64,000 nt of DNA from positions 128,001-192,000 of the forward strand of contig CAVVUS010000014.1 of assembly GCA_963751345.1 (NCBI GenBank), read 5' to 3'. Position numbers and translations under genes: made by a program. The first letter of the stretch is position 1; each line of letters opens with the position of its first letter. Shown here piece by piece: positions 34,397-48,852 of this stretch. The notes under the pieces were generated by a model. It was not told where the DNA came from, searched no databases, and was given only the letters and a program-made list of their open reading frames with translations. This DNA comes from an uncultured Chloroflexia bacterium. Its GTDB lineage: Bacteria > Chloroflexota > Anaerolineae > B4-G1 > SLSP01.

Positions 34397-37300
34397 ATGG
34401 ACACGGACCATGAGATCGGGCCGCGCTGGCTCTCTGTGCTGGCGCGCGCTTCCGGTGTGCTTGCCGCCGCATTTGGCGGGGCGGCTCTGGTTGGATGGCT
34501 TACAGGGTCCACGATCCTTGCCACCTTGGGGTCGGAGAGGATTCCCATGGCACCGAGCACTGCGCTGCTCTTCCTGCTCTATGGGGCACTGCTCGCCGCG
34601 CTGCCATGGCTGCAACAGCGCCGCAACCTCCGTCGCGTCGGGATGGCACTATCCGCCCTGGGCACGATCGTATCGCTGCTGCTCTTCGCCCTATCTTCGA
34701 GCGGGATCCACCCGGCCATCGAGCACATCGGGCTGAAGATCGCCGGTACGGTAGCCGGCGCGCCGGTCGGGTACATGTCGCCGCTGACGGCTGCATGTTT
34801 CTCCCTTGCCGGCACATCGCTCCTACTGCTTAGCTCGGCTTCACGCCGCAACCTACGGACGACGACGGGCCTCGTCCTTGCCATATCCCTCCTGCTGACC
34901 GGCAGCGTGCTGACAGTCGCCTACGTATTGGGCGGCCCCCTTCTCTATAACAGCGGCGTGATCCCACCGGCTCTCACCACGTCCCTCGCATTTCTTGCTC
35001 TTGGGACGGCCCTGGTCGCCGACTGTGGACGGCAGACTCGGCCGCGTCAAAGGAAAAGGGATGAAGCACACGCACTTTCCTCGACTGTCGCCATCCCGCT
35101 TTTCGTCGTACTGATCGGTGGCATCATCATCGCCGCCCATTTCTACCTCCAGGATTACCAGAAGCGCTTCCGTAGCGAGGTAGAGAACGAACTTTTGGCC
35201 GTTGCAGATCTGAAAGTCAACGAGCTGGTCCATTGGCGGGTAGAGCGTTTGAGTGATGCCGGCGTCTTCTTTGGCAACAGCAGCTTCTCAGAAGTGGTGC
35301 AGCACTATCGAGAAACCCCCAACGATCTCGAGGTGCAGAGCCGGCTTCGGACGTGGTTGAACAAGGTCCAGGCATCCTCCGAGTATTCCCAGCTCCTCCT
35401 TCTGGACCCGCAGGGCGATGAGCTGATGGTTTCACCCCTGACGTCCACGCCAATCTCGGCGTACGTCCGCGAGGAGGCCCAACAGGTTGCGCTTACCGGA
35501 GAGGTCACTTTCCTGGACTTCTACCGGGATGGTCCGGATAAACCGGTCCGTCTGGCCGTACTGGTGCCCATCCGTGACTCAGCGGGAGAACACGACGTGC
35601 TGGGTGTACTCGTGCTCAATATCGACCCCCGGACTTATCTCTATCCCATGATACAGAGCTGGCCCACCTCCAAGAAGACGGCAGAGACCCTGCTCGTCAG
35701 GCGTGATGGAGATGACGTGCTCTTCTTGAACGATCTCCGGTTCTCCGACGACGCCGCCCTCCGGCTGCGAATACCGGTGGGGCAAGCGGACTTGCCTGCG
35801 GCGATGGCGGTATCGGGGACAGAGGGCATCGTAGAGGGTAACGACTATCGAGGCGTCATGGTGGCGGCGGCCGTGCGATCCGTGCCGAACTCGCCCTGGT
35901 TCCTGGTAGCCCGCATAGACACGCAGGAGATCTATGCGCCGCTTCAAGAACGTCTGTGGTGGATGGTCGGTCTCGTCGGTATCCTTGTCCTCGGCATAGG
36001 CGGAATCACCGGGTGGGTCTGGCAGAGAAACGCCAAGACATACTACCGTAAGCTCTACGAGGCCGAAACGCGCTACGAAATCACACTGAGGAGCATCGGC
36101 GATGGGGTCATCACCACCGATAGCGCGGGACGGGTGACCCTGCTGAACCCCGTGGCCGAGACGCTCACGGGCTGGTCCCAGGATGCGGCCAAAGGCCGGC
36201 CTCTGGAAGAGATCTTCCACATCATCAACGAAGAGACACGACAACCCGTTGAAAACCCGGTGGCACGGGTACTACAGGAGGGACGCGTCGTAGGGCTGGC
36301 CAACCACACGGTGCTCATCTCGCGCGATGGCATCGACATACCGATCGCCGATAGTGGCGCTCCCATCACCGATACGGGAGACCGCATCACGGGCGTCGTG
36401 CTGATCTTCCGTGACCAGACCGAAGAGCGCGCCGCAAATCGAAGACTGCGTGCGGAGATGGAGAGGTCTCAGCGATACCTCGACGTTGCCGGCGTGATGA
36501 TCCTCGCCCTGGATGCCGATGCCAACGTGATGCTGATCAACCGGAAAGGTCGCGAGATCCTCGGTTGTGGAGAAGCCGAGATTATCGGCAGGAACTGGAT
36601 CGAACATTTCCTCCCCGACCACGTGCGCGTCCGGGTCAGCGAAGCTTTCAGCCAGCTGATGGCCGGTCAGTCCGAAAGAGCCGCGTACGTCGAGAACGCT
36701 ATCCTAACCTGCACCGGCGAGGAGCGGATCATCGCCTGGCGCAACGCGGCGCTCATGGACGAAAGTGGGCGGATCAGCGGAATGCTCTCCTCCGGCCAGG
36801 ATATCACGGAGCAGGTGCTCGCCGAAGCCGAACGTCAGGAGTTGTTGGCGCAGGTGGAGGCACAGGCGCGGCAGATCACGGAGATTATGGACACGGTGCC
36901 ACAAGGTGTGCTTCTGCTGGATACAAATGGGCGCGTGCTGCTGGCCAACCCCGCAGCCGAGCGCAATCTGCTGGCCTTGGGCCAAGGCAGCACGGATATG
37001 CTCACGCACATTGGCAAGCAGCCCCTCTCGGAATTCCTCACCTCGCCTCCCAAAGGCCTGTGGCACGAAGTGCAGGCAGAGGGGCGCTTCTTTGAGATTA
37101 TCGCCCGCCCTATGGTCGACGGGCCTGATCCCGAGCGGTGGGTGCTGGTGATCAACGATGCCACACAGGAGCGACAGGTGCGGGATCAGCTCCAGCAGCA
37201 GGAGCGGTTGGCCGCCATCGGGCAACTGGCCGCCGGCATTGCCCACGATTTCAACAACATTATGGCAGTCATCATCCTCCAAGCCCGGCTGGCTGCCAAC

Positions 37301-38339
37301 TCGGAGGGAATATCGGAGCAGGATCGGCGGCGGCTGGAAACGGTCAACCAACAAGCCTATTACGCCACGAGACTGATCCAGCAGATCCTGGACTTCAGCC
37401 GACGGGCGATCCTCGAGCGCCAACCGCTCGACCTGCTGCCGCTTATCAAAGAACAGGTGCGGCTTCTCGAACGTACGCTACCTGAGAACATCACGATCCA
37501 CCTTGGCTACGATGCCGAAGCCCACACGGTCAACGCCGATCCTACCCGCATCCAACAAGTGATCATGAATCTGGCCGTCAATGCGCGGGATGCTATGCCG
37601 GGGGGAGGTAACCTGGAGATCACGCTGGAGCACATTCGAGTCGATGAGAGGTGCGACAGCCCCCTTGCCGGCTATGAAAGCCGGGGAGTGGATCAGACTG
37701 TCGGTGGCCGATACCGGCACCGGCATCTCGCCCGACGTACTGCCATACATATTCGAGCCTTTTTACACGACGAAGGGACCCGGGGAGGGAAGTGGCCTCG
37801 GGCTGGCCCAGGTCTACGGCATCGTGGCGCAACACGAGGGGCACATCGATGTGGGGACAGCCATTGGTGCCGGAACCACCTTCACCATCTACCTGCCGGC
37901 TGTGGCGTTGCCGGCTGCCGCGCTGCCGGCCCCCGATATGCGCAATCTTGACCACGGTCAGGGCCAAACCATCCTGATTGTGGAAGACAATGCTCCGCTG
38001 CGCGCCGCATTGCGGGAAACGCTGATAGGACTGGGGTACCGGGTGCGCGAGGCTGCGCACGGGGCCGATGCGCTGGAGCTTCTCGAGACATTGGATGACG
38101 TCGAAGTCAATCTGGTTTTGAGTGACGTGGTGATGCCGCAGATGGGCGGTGTGGCTCTGGTGCATGCCCTACGGGAGCGGGGATGGGTTATGCCGGTTAT
38201 CTTGCTCAGCGGACATCCAAGGCGGGAGGATCTCTCTGCGCTAACCGACTATGGGGTACGCGAGTGGTTGTCAAAGCCGCCTTCCCTCGAGCACCTGGCC
38301 CAAGCCTTGGCCGCAGCCCTGCAGTCAGAGACCCCCTAG
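34397..38339 (+). CDS. Membrane-bound multi-PAS hybrid histidine kinase with receiver domain (frameshift near 37670)
   Basis: Multiple TMs, Cache-like extracytoplasmic region, three PAS domains, GIAHDFNN, NARDAM, FEPFYTTK, GSGLGLA, LSDVVMP. Confidence 0.9.
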
Positions 38340-38535
38340 CTACCGGACGCCCTATCACCCCGGGAGCACGATGCCCTAGGCGTCGGCCACCCAGCGCATG
38401 CCTCCTCATGTCGGCACGCCCCAGGGATCGCCTTCACAGGGAACCTACATTGTGGCATAATGCCGGAGGCGGAGCGTCCGCAAGACGGTGCCCAGCAGGC
38501 ACGGTCAGAACGCAATATCCCAGCACGGGGGCCGG

Positions 38536-39279
38536 ATGACCAAAGACGAATCACCCGACAACGAACAGGCCGCACTCAGAGGGAATCCCTCTTTCGTCTG
38601 GAGATCCGGCCAGGAGCGCCGCCTCGACATGGTGCGCCGGGCTGTGCCGTTGGACGGCAAGCGGGTACTGGACATCGGATGCGGCATTGGGATGTACACA
38701 GTGGCCTTCGCGCGCCATACACCCCACGCCTTCGGTGTTGAGGTCGAGTTCGACCGGGCCATCGAAGCTCGCGCGCGAGTCTCGCAGGTCTCACAGGCTG
38801 TTGGAGAGCGACTTCCCTTCAGCGACGACAGCTTCGACGTCGTTTTCTCCCACGAAGTCCTGGAACACGTCAACGCCGATCACATCTGTGCCGCGGAGAT
38901 GGTGCGGGTGACGCGCCCACAGGGCCACATCGTCATCTTTGTGCCAAACCGGCTTTACTTTTTCGAGACACACGGCATTTACTGGCGAGGGACCTATCAT
39001 TTCGGCAACAAGCCTCTGGTGAACTGGCTCCCCAATCCGCTCCGCAACCGGTTGGCACCTCACGTGAAAGCCTACACCGGGCGCTCGCTCAAGCGTCTCT
39101 TCGCGGACCTGCCGGTGCGGACACTGCTTCACACACAGATCTACCCGGGGTACGACAATATCCTTGCCCGCAGGCCCCACCTGGGCCGCGCCATCCGGAC
39201 GATCACCTACACCCTGGAACACACGCCACTGCGATACCTTGGGCTGTCCCATCTCCTGATATTGCAGGTCACCGCCTGA
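38536..39279 (+). CDS. Class I SAM-dependent methyltransferase
   Basis: VLDIGCGIG, LPFSDDSFDVV, EVLEHV. Confidence 0.85.
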   Translation: MTKDESPDNEQAALRGNPSFVWRSGQERRLDMVRRAVPLDGKRVLDIGCGIGMYTVAFARHTPHAFGVEVEFDRAIEARARVSQVSQAVGERLPFSDDSFDVVFSHEVLEHVNADHICAAEMVRVTRPQGHIVIFVPNRLYFFETHGIYWRGTYHFGNKPLVNWLPNPLRNRLAPHVKAYTGRSLKRLFADLPVRTLLHTQIYPGYDNILARRPHLGRAIRTITYTLEHTPLRYLGLSHLLILQVTA

Positions 39280-39300
39280 TCCGGGAACACATCCGGCACA

Positions 39301-41550
39301 GTGATGAGCCAGAGCGGAATGGAACGAAACAACGGCGAGGGGCACCCGAACGCGGAGATACGTCGGACCGCGGGTCCCTATCGCGTTCTCGTCACCGTGA
39401 GCAGCGAGCAGGACCTCACAGCACTGTACCCGACAGCTTATGCTATTGCGAAAGCGCACGCCGGCGAGGTGCATGTGCTGACGGTCACACGCGGTGGTAA
39501 CCAGCCCTCCTGGCTGGTGGTCCCAGAAGTCTACGCTGATATCCCTGCCGAGATTCTCGCCCGCTCGGGTCGAAACGTCAGTGGCGTCATCCTGGCCGAA
39601 GTTCGCAACTACGACCCTGACATCCTGATCATCGGTCTCAGCGGTCATCTGCGCCAGGGGACCTACTTACTCGGCCATACGCTGGACCCGATCGTCCAGG
39701 GAGCGCGATGCGACGTTCTGGTTCAGCGCGGACAGGTCGCGCCGAACCCGGGCAAGGTCCTCATCCCGGCTGCCGGCGGGCCGAATGCCCCCCGAGCCCT
39801 GACGCTGGCACGTACGCTGGCGCCCGAGGCCCGGATCACGGCGGTCTATGTTGCGCAGGCCCGATCCGGGCGAGCCGACCTCCTCGTTGGAGAAGCACGC
39901 CTGGACGCAATGCTGGAAAGACTGGACCCCGAAGATCGAGAGGTTACGGACACCAAGGTCGTCCGGGCATCCACCCCCGTCGAAGGCATCCTGTCAGAGG
40001 CCCAACAGGGAGGCTACGACCTGGTCATCCTGGGCGCAGGCAATGAGGGACCCGTCGGTCGATTTCTCTTTGGTGACGTTCCTCAGGTGATCCTGGACCA
40101 ATCCAGCGTTCCCACGATGGTCGTGCGCCGGCGACTCAGCTATCTGGGATCCTTCCAGCGGAGAGTGTGGCGCAGGATCTTCGGCCTGCTCCCTCCTCTC
40201 ACCGTCCAGGAACAGGCCGACGTCCAGAAGGCGGTGCGCCGCGGATCACGGCCCAGTCCCGATTTCTTCGTCATGCTTACCCTTGCAGCGGCTCTGGCCA
40301 CGCTGGGGCTGCTGATGAACAACGCCGCGACGATCATCGGGGCGATGATCGTCGCCCCGCTCATGACGACCATCCTGGGAATGGGCCTCGCCATCGTGCT
40401 TGGGGAGCTCCGCTTCTTCTGGCGTGCTACCGCGACCACGCTGCGTGGCATCATCCTGGCCATCATCATGGGCTTCCTGGTCGGGCAGTTGGCCCCAGGT
40501 GCAGCCAGCACCCCGGCGATTCAGGTCTACTCCGAGCCAAGCATCCTCGATCTGGTGGTGGCGCTGGTCGCGGGGACTGCCGCGGCCTATGCCACCAGCC
40601 GCAAGGAGATCTCAGCCGCTCTCGCGGGCGTCGCCGTCGCGGCTTCTCTGACCCCACCCTTAGTGAACATAGGGTTGGGCCTGGCGCTTGTCGACTGGAG
40701 CATCGCGCTTGGCGCCGCCCTGACATTCCTCACCAACCTCGTCGCCATCGTCGCCGCCAGCGGCTTCCTTTTCCTCTGGATGGGGTTTCGCCCTCAGCCG
40801 GGCGACCCGAATCTGGTGGCTGCCAGGCGCAGAGGCCTCCTCACCTTCGGCATACTGCTGGTGCTGATCACCATCCCGCTCGCAGTCTTGACGCAGCGCT
40901 CGCTGAGTGACCTGCAGATCAGACGGTCGATTGAGTCGGCGATTGCGGTCGAAGTCCAGGAGATTCCGGGTGGGGAACTGGTCAGTTGGGACTACACGAC
41001 CACGCCACAGGGCACGCTCAACCTGGAACTGACGATCCGGGCGTCGGGAAGTGTCCGTTTCCAGGAGGCGCGCGATCTCCAGGAACGCATCGCCACACGC
41101 ATCGACCGACCGGTGGCCCTGTCATTGAGTACCGTGCCGACACAGCAACTGCAGGCGTTCATTCCACCGACCCCGACGCTCACGCCAACGATGACGCCGA
41201 CGGGTGTTCCAACGGCCACGCCGACCTCCACACCTACCGCAACGCCAACCCCCACGCCGACGGCGACGCCCACCCCGACCATCACCCCCATCCCGACGAT
41301 CACGCCGCTGCCCACCAACACGGCAACTGCGACCCCGTGGATCCTGCACGTCGTCAACGTCGGCAGTGCGGGGCTCAGGGTGCGCTACTCGCCGGACGGG
41401 GTCGTGATGGGGCGCCTGCCCTTGGACACGCCGGTGGTAGTGCTGGAGGGGCCCACGAACTACCACGGCGTCACGTGGTACCACGTTCTCGGCATGACGA
41501 CACAACTCGAGGGATGGGTTGACGGCGACTACCTGGCGCCATTCCCATAG
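39301..41550 (+). CDS. Tandem universal-stress domains fused to a DUF389 membrane domain, Pro/Thr linker and SH3-like C-terminus
   Basis: LLGHTLDPIVQGARCDV and FLFGDVPQVIL USP motifs; IIGAMIVAPLM, AGVAVAASLTPPL; (TP)n run; GLRVRYSP...WYHV...EGWV. Confidence 0.8.
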   Translation: MMSQSGMERNNGEGHPNAEIRRTAGPYRVLVTVSSEQDLTALYPTAYAIAKAHAGEVHVLTVTRGGNQPSWLVVPEVYADIPAEILARSGRNVSGVILAEVRNYDPDILIIGLSGHLRQGTYLLGHTLDPIVQGARCDVLVQRGQVAPNPGKVLIPAAGGPNAPRALTLARTLAPEARITAVYVAQARSGRADLLVGEARLDAMLERLDPEDREVTDTKVVRASTPVEGILSEAQQGGYDLVILGAGNEGPVGRFLFGDVPQVILDQSSVPTMVVRRRLSYLGSFQRRVWRRIFGLLPPLTVQEQADVQKAVRRGSRPSPDFFVMLTLAAALATLGLLMNNAATIIGAMIVAPLMTTILGMGLAIVLGELRFFWRATATTLRGIILAIIMGFLVGQLAPGAASTPAIQVYSEPSILDLVVALVAGTAAAYATSRKEISAALAGVAVAASLTPPLVNIGLGLALVDWSIALGAALTFLTNLVAIVAASGFLFLWMGFRPQPGDPNLVAARRRGLLTFGILLVLITIPLAVLTQRSLSDLQIRRSIESAIAVEVQEIPGGELVSWDYTTTPQGTLNLELTIRASGSVRFQEARDLQERIATRIDRPVALSLSTVPTQQLQAFIPPTPTLTPTMTPTGVPTATPTSTPTATPTPTPTATPTPTITPIPTITPLPTNTATATPWILHVVNVGSAGLRVRYSPDGVVMGRLPLDTPVVVLEGPTNYHGVTWYHVLGMTTQLEGWVDGDYLAPFP

Positions 41551-41583
41551 CGACAGCACGCCGTCCCATCAGGAGGAGTAAAC

Positions 41584-42359
41584 ATGCAAGGATACGGCGA
41601 GGGATTTGCCGCGATCTACAATATGCGCTGGAACCACTTCGCTGCTGCGGCCGCCCCCCGGATCCTCGCGCTCTACGAACAGCAGCCCGCAAGCCAAAAC
41701 GCCCGGCGTCTCCTGGATCTCGCCTGCGGCACGGGACAGTTAGCCCTCTACTTCCTCGAACGCGGCTATGAGGTCGTGGGGCTCGACCTCTCGCCGGCGA
41801 TGTTGGCTCACGCGCGGGCGAACGCTGAAGAAACAGGGGACGCGCGATTTCCTCGCCGAGGGCAAGGCCCGCTTCGTGGAGGGAGACGCGGCCGACTTCC
41901 AACTCGACGAGACCTTCGGGCTGGTAGTATCAACCTTCGACGCCCTGAACCACCTACCGAACATGGAGAGCCTTCGGGGATGCTTCCGATTCCACGATCA
42001 AGGTCCTCGAACCGGGCGGATCGTTCATCTTCGATCTCAATACCCGGTTCGGTCTGGCCAGATGGGCAGGTATCAACGTCCAGGAAGAAGAGGACCTCGT
42101 GCTCATCACACGCGGCGTCGTGGTCGAGGACGAGGCCCGTGCCTACACCCAGATCTCGGGATTCCTGCGCGAGGACGATGGTCGCTACAAACGCTTCGGC
42201 GAGGTGGCCTACAACTCTATCTACGACATGGCCGAGGTTGCCTCCGCACTGAACGAAGCCGGCTTCTCCGAGGTCTATTTCGCCCAACCCCAGACCCTCG
42301 ATGTGCCGGTCGAGGATCCCGAGCGCTACGGCCGGGTCTTCCTTATCGCGCGGAAGTAG
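41584..42359 (+). CDS. SAM-dependent methyltransferase (two frameshifts)
   Basis: LLDLACGTG, GLDLSPAML, FDALNHL, FIFDLNT. Confidence 0.78.
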
Positions 42360-42368
42360 CGCCCCCGG

Positions 42369-42420
42369 AAACCTTCTGAAGGTTCAGAGCCCGATTCCGA
42401 TCGGGCCACCTTCGCAAGGT
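42369..42420. repeat. Palindromic dispersed repeat (REP-doublet/MITE-like), copy 1
   Basis: aaaccttctgaaggttcagagcccga...tcgggccaccttcgcaaggt; same arms as 50138-50206. Confidence 0.7.
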
Positions 42421-42474
42421 CTAGCGCCTCGACGTTGTACACCCTCCCATTCGCGCTATAATATCCCCAAAATG

Positions 42475-42486
42475 GAACAAGTGTTC
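42475..42486 (+). promoter_or_regulatory. LexA box upstream of uvrB
   Basis: GAAC-AAGT-GTTC just downstream of TATAAT (42457-42462) and before the uvrB RBS. Confidence 0.8.
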
Positions 42487-42505
42487 GTGAACGGATGGAG
42501 GGAAT

Positions 42506-44515
<2,010 letters not shown>

Positions 44516-44806
44516 GGCGCTGCATTGCAGTCCAATTACCTTCCCGGGAAGGGCGGAACCTTCCCGGAAGGTATCTAGCTGCGATTGCCATAGCACAAGT
44601 CGTAGTGCTATTGCCAAACCTCTCGTGTCGGGTATAGTTAGTGCGTTGTGTGCAGATCCTCACAGGTCGGCCTACAGCACCTTACGGTATCGGACCGAGT
44701 CATCAGGATATATCTGCGAATCGTGTCCCAGCTAAGAGGATAACGATTCGTTCCGTGGGCTGCGTACAGCAGCCTCCAGCAACTCATAGCGGATAGGATT
44801 AGCACT

Positions 44807-45704
44807 ATGGCACAGCCAGATCTCATGAGCACCTCCGGGAGCGAGATACCCCCGGAACAACCCCCGGCCCCCACCGTCGTCGGTGTGCGCTTTCAGCCGG
44901 CTGGAAAACCGTATCATTTCGAGGCCTCCCAGGACCTCTTGTTGACAGCCCTTTGACTGGATCGTGGTAGAGACGGTGTATGGAGAGCAGGTAGGGCAAG
45001 TCACACACTTGCCCGAAGTGACGCCGGAGGAGATCGCGTCACGCAAGTTGCGGGCCGTGCTTCGCCGGGCCAGCGGTCTGGATATGGCACGTTATCACGT
45101 TATGCAGCAGCGCGCAGAGCGCCTGGTCGAAGTCGCCCGAGAGGAAGCCGCGTCCGGCAGACTGGATCTGAAGATCGTCAGCGCCGAGTTCACCCTGGAT
45201 GGCAACAGCGCCATCGTCCTGTGTTCCGGCAACGTCAACAAACAGGCGTTCGCCACGCTCCGGCGCAAAGTGGCATCACGGATGAGCTGCCGGGTGGAAC
45301 TGCGTTCCGTAGGTCCCCGCGACCACGCCAAGGCGCTGGATGGTTACGGCGTGTGTGGGGAGCCCCGGTGTTGCAGCCGCTTCCTCACCGAGTTCCAGGC
45401 GGTCTCCATCCGTATGGCCAAGGACCAGGCGATCTCGATGGCGCCGTCCGATATCACGGGTATGTGCGGGCGGCTCCGCTGCTGTCTGGGTTACGAGCAT
45501 CAGGTCTACAAAGAAGAGGCCAAGGAACTCCCCCGTATCAAGGCCCGGGTCAAGACGGAAAATGGTATCGGCAGGGTCATCGATCTCGACATTCTCAAGG
45601 GAGACGTCATCGTGGAGATCCCGCCCGATGGTCCCCGGCGAGACCGCGAACGCTTCCGCTTTTCCGCGGAGGACGTTGAGGTCCTGCCCACCGACAAGAG
45701 CTAG
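44807..45704 (+). CDS. ricT: PSP1/YaaT (RicT) regulatory iron-sulfur complex subunit (frameshift near 44953)
   Basis: VVGVRFQPAGKPYHF, GVCGEPRCC, SIRMAKDQ, GMCGRLRCCLGYE. Confidence 0.87.
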
Positions 45705-45740
45705 TCGAACACATCACTAAGGGCCTCAAGAAGCAGTTTT

Positions 45741-45778
45741 GCGGCGTGCGTGCTCTATCAGAGACGCACGCCGCTTTG
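45741..45778 (+). terminator. Terminator hairpin between convergent genes
   Basis: gcggcgtgcgt/acgcacgccgc stem followed by tttg. Confidence 0.6.
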
Positions 45779-45803
45779 TATATCGCGTCGGGCCACGACA
45801 CAC

Positions 45804-48738
45804 CTACGGAGCGACCGTAACCTCGGCCAGCCGCAGCCTCTGCGCTCCGTCGACCGTGAGGTGGGTGCCGTCGGTGAGATAGAGCCCGACGTAGAGGACG
45901 TAATCTCCCGGTGCCGGATCCGGGGGTAGTGTCAAGACATGGTCGTCGGTCACCACCTCCCCGCTCATCCATAGAGACGTCGGATATCCGCCGGCACGGG
46001 GCATCTCGTCCACCTGGGCGACGGGAGCGTCGGTTTCCGCGTTCCGGAGGTGCAGGAAGACGACGTAGTCCTGCGGCATCTCTTCGATGGCCTGCCACAC
46101 AAGGGTCACCTGCCACGGTTGGCCCGGGTCCCACTCACCAAGATCGTAGCCGAGTAGACGAATCTGCGCCCCTGAGGGACCGGTGAAATCACGGTCCACC
46201 ACGTAGGCAGTATCGGGGCGCGAGAACGTACGCGCCAGGGCCTGTACCTCGAAGCGCTCGAGTTCGACGGGTTCTGCCCCATCCAACTGCAGCTCGAGGC
46301 CGTAATCTCCTGCAGGCAGCGATCTGGGCAGCTGCACCTGGTAACGATCCTCCACGACCTCACCCGCGCGCCAGTCCGCAAAGGCGTAGCCCTCTGCGGG
46401 CAGGCCCGCGAAGAGTGTTGCTTCGGCATCGGCACCACGCACGCGCAGCGTCACCGTCTCGAACGGGGGCGCCGTTTCGTCGGCCAGCCAGCACAGGCGA
46501 AGCGCGAGCTTGCTGCCGGGCAGGAGGGAATCGTCGCGGGTCACCGTCCATCCCAGGAGATCCAGACCGGGCAGCGCTACCGCAGACGTCCTCGGAATCC
46601 CGGGACAGGCGTCCAGGACCTGCTCCGGCGTCGGGACCTCGAGGGTGCGAAATAGGCGCAGGCCCTGGGACGTGCCGGGATAGCGGGCCTCAAACCCCCC
46701 GAAACGCTCATCCACCAGGCGAGGAAGCGCCTCCTCCCGATCGGGGTCATAGAAACCTACGCCCACCTCGTACCCCTCGACAGGGGGAACCCCCACTGGA
46801 GGGACGACCACCAATTGGTCCAGCACGACCTCTCCCGGCGTCCATTCCTCGGCAGGATAGTGGAATGGCATCGTCCGGGCCCACTCGCCGCTCTCCGGAT
46901 GGAACAATCGCAGGACAGGCTGCAGCGTCGGGTAGGGTGATACCGCTTCCCACGTGACCAGGATCGGGCATGACGCTGCGACCCGACATGGCTGCATCGG
47001 CACGGCATCGTAGACCCGGACGACGTGGGCGAAATCGGCCGGCGCAGCATCCGGGCCGTCGCCTCGTGGCGCCATCAGGTCCTGGCGCAGCCCGGCGAGG
47101 GCAGACGCTGACAGTTGGTGCGAGGCTAACGCGGGCGCACCGGAAGGGCTCGGGTAGTTGACCGTCGTCCAGGACATCTGAGATCGTCTTGGGCCAGGGC
47201 GCCGGCGGCGGCGCGTTGTCGGGCACCAGGTAAACGGCGTCTCCGTGCTCCGGCAGGACCAGCGTCGCCCCACCCGTCAGCCACTTTGCGTCCCCATAGT
47301 GCTCGGCCAGCGCAGCGACCGTGGGATGCCGGTAGTGCTCGCTGGCGATGTAGACCGTCACCCCGGCTGGATCAGGCGCGGTCTCGATTGCGGCGTCGAG
47401 CGCCCGCGCTGCCAGGACCATCTCGCCGTCGGCCGCACGGAACAGCGCGTCGGAGCTCGACCAGCGAGCATAGATGGAGGCCGTCCGCGCTGCGCCGCCG
47501 AGAAAGAGCAGGCTCGCAAGGGAGAGAGGGAGCAGGGCAGCATAGGCGCTTGGCTGTGGCCGGCCATCACTCGTCCTCATCTGCCATTTGCCGGGCGCCA
47601 TACCCCCGAACACGCGCAGCCCTTCCGACAGCCCCCACGCCGGAAGCAGTGCCAGGAACGGAAAGAGGCCGGCCATCCGCAGGTTGCTGGGCGTCAGCTC
47701 GCCGGTGGCGAGCCCGCTGGGCAAGATCATGACGACGATTGCCCCGATCACCAGGATAAACGCCGCGCTCCCCAAGCTATCCTTCCGACGCAGTCGCAGC
47801 CGGGAGACGAGCCCAAGCAGGGCCAGCAGTGCTGAGATCACATCCATCAGGGGCAGATGCGGAAGGTTGAAACGCACGTAGCCATCGCCGACACCCGGCC
47901 ACACCAGCGCCCGCAGGCAAAGCCAGATCCCGCGAAGGGCATCGGACCAGTTCGGGGAGGCCACCTGGGTGATGCGGGTGGTGAACGCCTCCGGGTGCTG
48001 AAGGAAGAACAGGCCCAACGGTGCGAGGGCCGCCATGGCCACCGCCAGCACCAGCGCCAGTTGGCCGAGCAACCGGCGTCTCGCTCGCGGTTCCGACCGG
48101 ACGAGTAGCCACCCCAGGGCGATGCCCAGTGGCACGGGGAACAGCCGCGCCGCCAGGTAGGTATACGCGGTAAGGCCGAGAAAAGCACCACCTGCGACGA
48201 GCCAACTCCATCGGCCCGACCGCAGCCCTCGCCAGAGCGCGGCGACGGTCAATGCCTGCAGGAGCGGCTGCGATATGGCTCGGAATCCGTAACGGCTGAG
48301 CAGCACGTGGGGAAACGCCACGGCGATCCAGGCCGCGGCGAACAGCGCGATGGACGCCGTGCGTTTGCGCGGCCCCAGGAGGGCAGAGGTCGCTGCGTAG
48401 GTTGCAGCGACCGTGAGGATTCCGAGCATAGCGGCTCCCAGACGGAGCCCCCACGGCGAGCCGCCGGTCATCCGTACCCAGGGGGCGGCAGCGTAGAAAA
48501 AGAGGACCTCTTTGCCGGTGTAGGCCTGGATAAAGACGGGGCGGTACTGCCCCTCGGCAATCTGGCGCGTGAGTATGAGATTGGCAGCTTCGTCGTAGTG
48601 GAGACCCACGGGAAACGACGGCAGCGCCCATAGCCGGAGTGCGGCTGCGACGAGGAGCACGACGAGCATGCCCCAGCGCATCCAAGGTGGGGAGAGGTTA
48701 TTTCGCATCCTGGGCTTCCGACGCGTCGAGGGTTCCAC
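45804..48738 (-). CDS. GT-C fold (ArnT/PMT family 39-like) membrane glycosyltransferase with repeated C-terminal extracellular domains (frameshift near 47180)
   Basis: LRLWAL...GLHYDEA, many TMs; repeated LLGWT/LLGYD...VFLHL...W..GEVV.D...PGDY units. Confidence 0.78.
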
Positions 48739-48852
48739 AGGCGCATTATACCTGCCGCGTTGTTTTCAGCCATGCCGATGGTATAATCGCCTTCGTTGAT
48801 CCAAGGGAGTGTGTGTCTCCCCATCTCAGGCAAAGGCTTGACCACCAATTCT

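Noticed and set aside
41165-41335. Low-complexity repeat tract as a non-coding element
   Set aside because: It encodes the Pro/Thr linker of the DUF389 fusion protein.
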